From the human T2T-CHM13v2.0 reference genome, Homo sapiens: a stretch of DNA of 64,000 bases. The notes below the pieces were generated by a model, which did no database searches, had not been told where the DNA came from, and saw nothing but the letters and a program-made list of their open reading frames with translations. Every line of letters begins with the position of its first letter. The stretch's first letter is position 1. This document shows positions 61,796 through 64,000 of the stretch, one piece after another. The stretch lies in the NCBI RefSeq assembly GCF_009914755.1, contig NC_060947.1; one strand, given 5' to 3'. The translations under genes and the position numbers were made by a program.

Positions 61796-64000
61796 CCTTT
61801 CCCACTTTTATGGAAGGTAAGAACCCCCGAACCCCTTCTCTCCGTGTCTCTACTCTCTCTTTTCTCTGGGCTTGCCTCCTTCACTATGGGCAACCTTCCA
61901 CCCTCCATTCCCCCTTCTTCTCCCTTAGCCTGTGTTCTTAAAAACCTAAAAACCTCTTCAACTCACACCTGACCTAAAACCTAAATGCCTTATTTTCTTC
62001 TACAATGTTGCTTGACCCCAATACAAACTCGACAGTGGTTCCAAATAGCCAGAAAACAGCACTTTCATTTTTTCCATCCTACAAGATCTAAATAATTCTT
62101 GTCGTAAAATGGGCAAATGGTCTGAGGTGCCTGATGTCCAGGCATTCTTTTACACATCAGCCCCTCCCTAGTCTCTATTCCCAATGCAACTCATCCCAAA
62201 TCTTCCTTCTTTCCCTCCCGCCTGTCCCCTCAGTCCCAAGCCCAAGCATTGCTGAGTCTTTCTAATCTTCCTTTTCTACAGACCCATCTGACCTCTCCCC
62301 TCCTCGCCAGGCTGAGTTAGGTTCCAATTCTTCCTCAGCCTCTGCTCCTCCACCCTATAATCCTTTTATCACCTCCCCTCCTCACACCCGGTCTGGCTTA
62401 CAGTTTCATTCTGTGAGTAGCCCTCTCCCACCTGCCCAGCAATTTCCTCTTAAAAAGGTGGTTGCAGCTAAAGGCACAGTCAAGGTTAATGCTCCTTTTT
62501 CTTTGTCCCAAATCGGAGAGTGTTTAGGCTCTTTTTAATCAAATATAAAAACCCAGCCCAGTTCATGGCTCGTTTGGCAGCAACCCTGAGACTCTTTACA
62601 GCTCTGGACCCTAAAAGGTCAAAAGGCCGTCTTATTCTCAATATACATTTTATTACCCAATCCGCTCCTGACATTAAATAAAACTCCAAAAATTAAATTC
62701 CGGCCCTCAAACCCCACCACAGGACTTAATTAACCTCGCCTTCAAGGTGTACAATAATAGAGTAGAGGCAGCCAAGTAGCAACATATTTCTGAGTTGCAA
62801 TTCCTTGCCTCCACTGTGAGACAAACCCCAGCCACATCTCCAGCACACAAGAACTCCAAACGCCTAAACCACAGTGGCCAGGCATTCCTCCAGGCCTGCC
62901 TCCCCAGGAGCTTGCTACAAGTGCCAGCAATCTGGCCACTGGGCCAAGGAATTCCCACAGCCCAGGATGCCTCCTAAGCCATGTCCCATCTGTGCAGGAC
63001 CCCACTGAAAATCGGACTGCTCAACTCACCTGGCAGCCACTTCCAGAGCCCCTGGAACTCTGGCCCAAGGGTGTCTGACTCCTTCCCAGATCCTCTTGGC
63101 TTAGCAGCTGAAGACTGACACTGCCCAATTGCCTCGGAAGCCTACAAGACCATCACAGATGCTCTGGGTAACTCCCACAGTGGAGGGTAAGTCCGTCCCC
63201 TTCTTAATCAATAGGGAGGTTACCCACTCCACATTACCTTCTTTCCAAGGGCCTGTTTCCCTTGCCTCCATAACTGTTGTAGGTATTGACAGCCAGGTTC
63301 TAAAGCCCTTAAAACTCCGCAACTCTGGTGCCAACTTAGACAATACTCCTTTAAGCACTCCTTTTACTTATCCCCCCGTGCCCAGTTCCCTTATTAGGCC
63401 GAGATATTTTAACTAAATTATCTGCTTCCCTGACTATTCCTGGGCTACAGCCACGCCTCATTGCCGCCTTTTCCCCCAGTTCAAAGCCTCCTTCACATCC
63501 TCCCCTTGTATCTCCCCACCTTAGCCCACAAGCATAGAATACCTCTACTCCCTCCTTGGTGACTGATCATGCACCCCTTACCATCTCATTAAAACCTAAT
63601 CATCCTTACCCTGCTCAATGCCAATATCCCATCCCGCAGCTTGCTTTAAAAGGATTAAAGCCTGTTATCACTCACCTGCTACAGCATGGCCTTTTAAAGC
63701 CTATAAACTCTCCTTACAATTCCCCCATTTTACCTTTCCTAAAGCCAGACAAGCCTTACAGGTTAGTTCAGCATCTGTGCCTTATCAACCAAATTGTTTT
63801 GCCTATCCACCCCGTGATGCCAAACCCATATACTCTCCTATCCTCAATACCTTCCTTCACAACCCATTATTCTGTTCTGGATCTCAAACATGCCTTCTTT
63901 ACTATTCCTTTGCACCCTTCATCCCAGCCTCTCTTTGCTGGACTTGGACTGACCCTGACACCCATTAGGCTCAGCAAATTACCTAGGCTGTACTGCCGCA

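Larger units (their letters stand above)
61054..64000 (+). mobile_element. HERVH internal region: leader, defective gag, pro and start of pol; continues beyond the window
   Basis: Zinc knuckle CYKCQQSGHWAKEF at 62913-62954; protease FLINREVTHS; RT motifs SPYNSPILP and VLDLKHAFFTIPL; frames are broken. Confidence 0.93.

Noticed and set aside
60610-61805. Repetitive minus-strand peptides in the HERVH LTR and leader
   Set aside because: Translation by-products of the 51-bp and 21-bp DNA repeats

Overview
Primate (human-like) genomic DNA: AT-rich, L1-dense and gene-poor, consistent with Xq25. It holds one protein-coding gene, PRR32 (CXorf64; + strand, two exons). The gene's true start exon (ATG 17390, MACIENV) is missed by the ORF track. 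The rest is mostly retroelements: a 5'-inverted L1PA with an AluY, a full THE1 (LTR-int-LTR), several L1MA2/3-like LINEs, Alus, MER4/MER50/MER31-like and MaLR LTRs, a deep nested insertion cluster (44.7-60.6 kb) and the 5' part of an HERVH provirus (60589-end). All other ORF-track entries are repeat-derived or chance. I see no convincing wholly new biological system. The best local observations are an L1 3' transduction (44994-45210), a 51-bp LTR7 duplication that doubles the ACAAAAGA SOX-type motif, an in-frame alternative PRR32 acceptor, a 49-bp triplication in the PRR32 3' UTR, and an antisense THE1 LTR with an intact DUX4-type motif just downstream of PRR32. Repeat subfamily names and the gene identity come from remembered consensus sequences, not from a database search.
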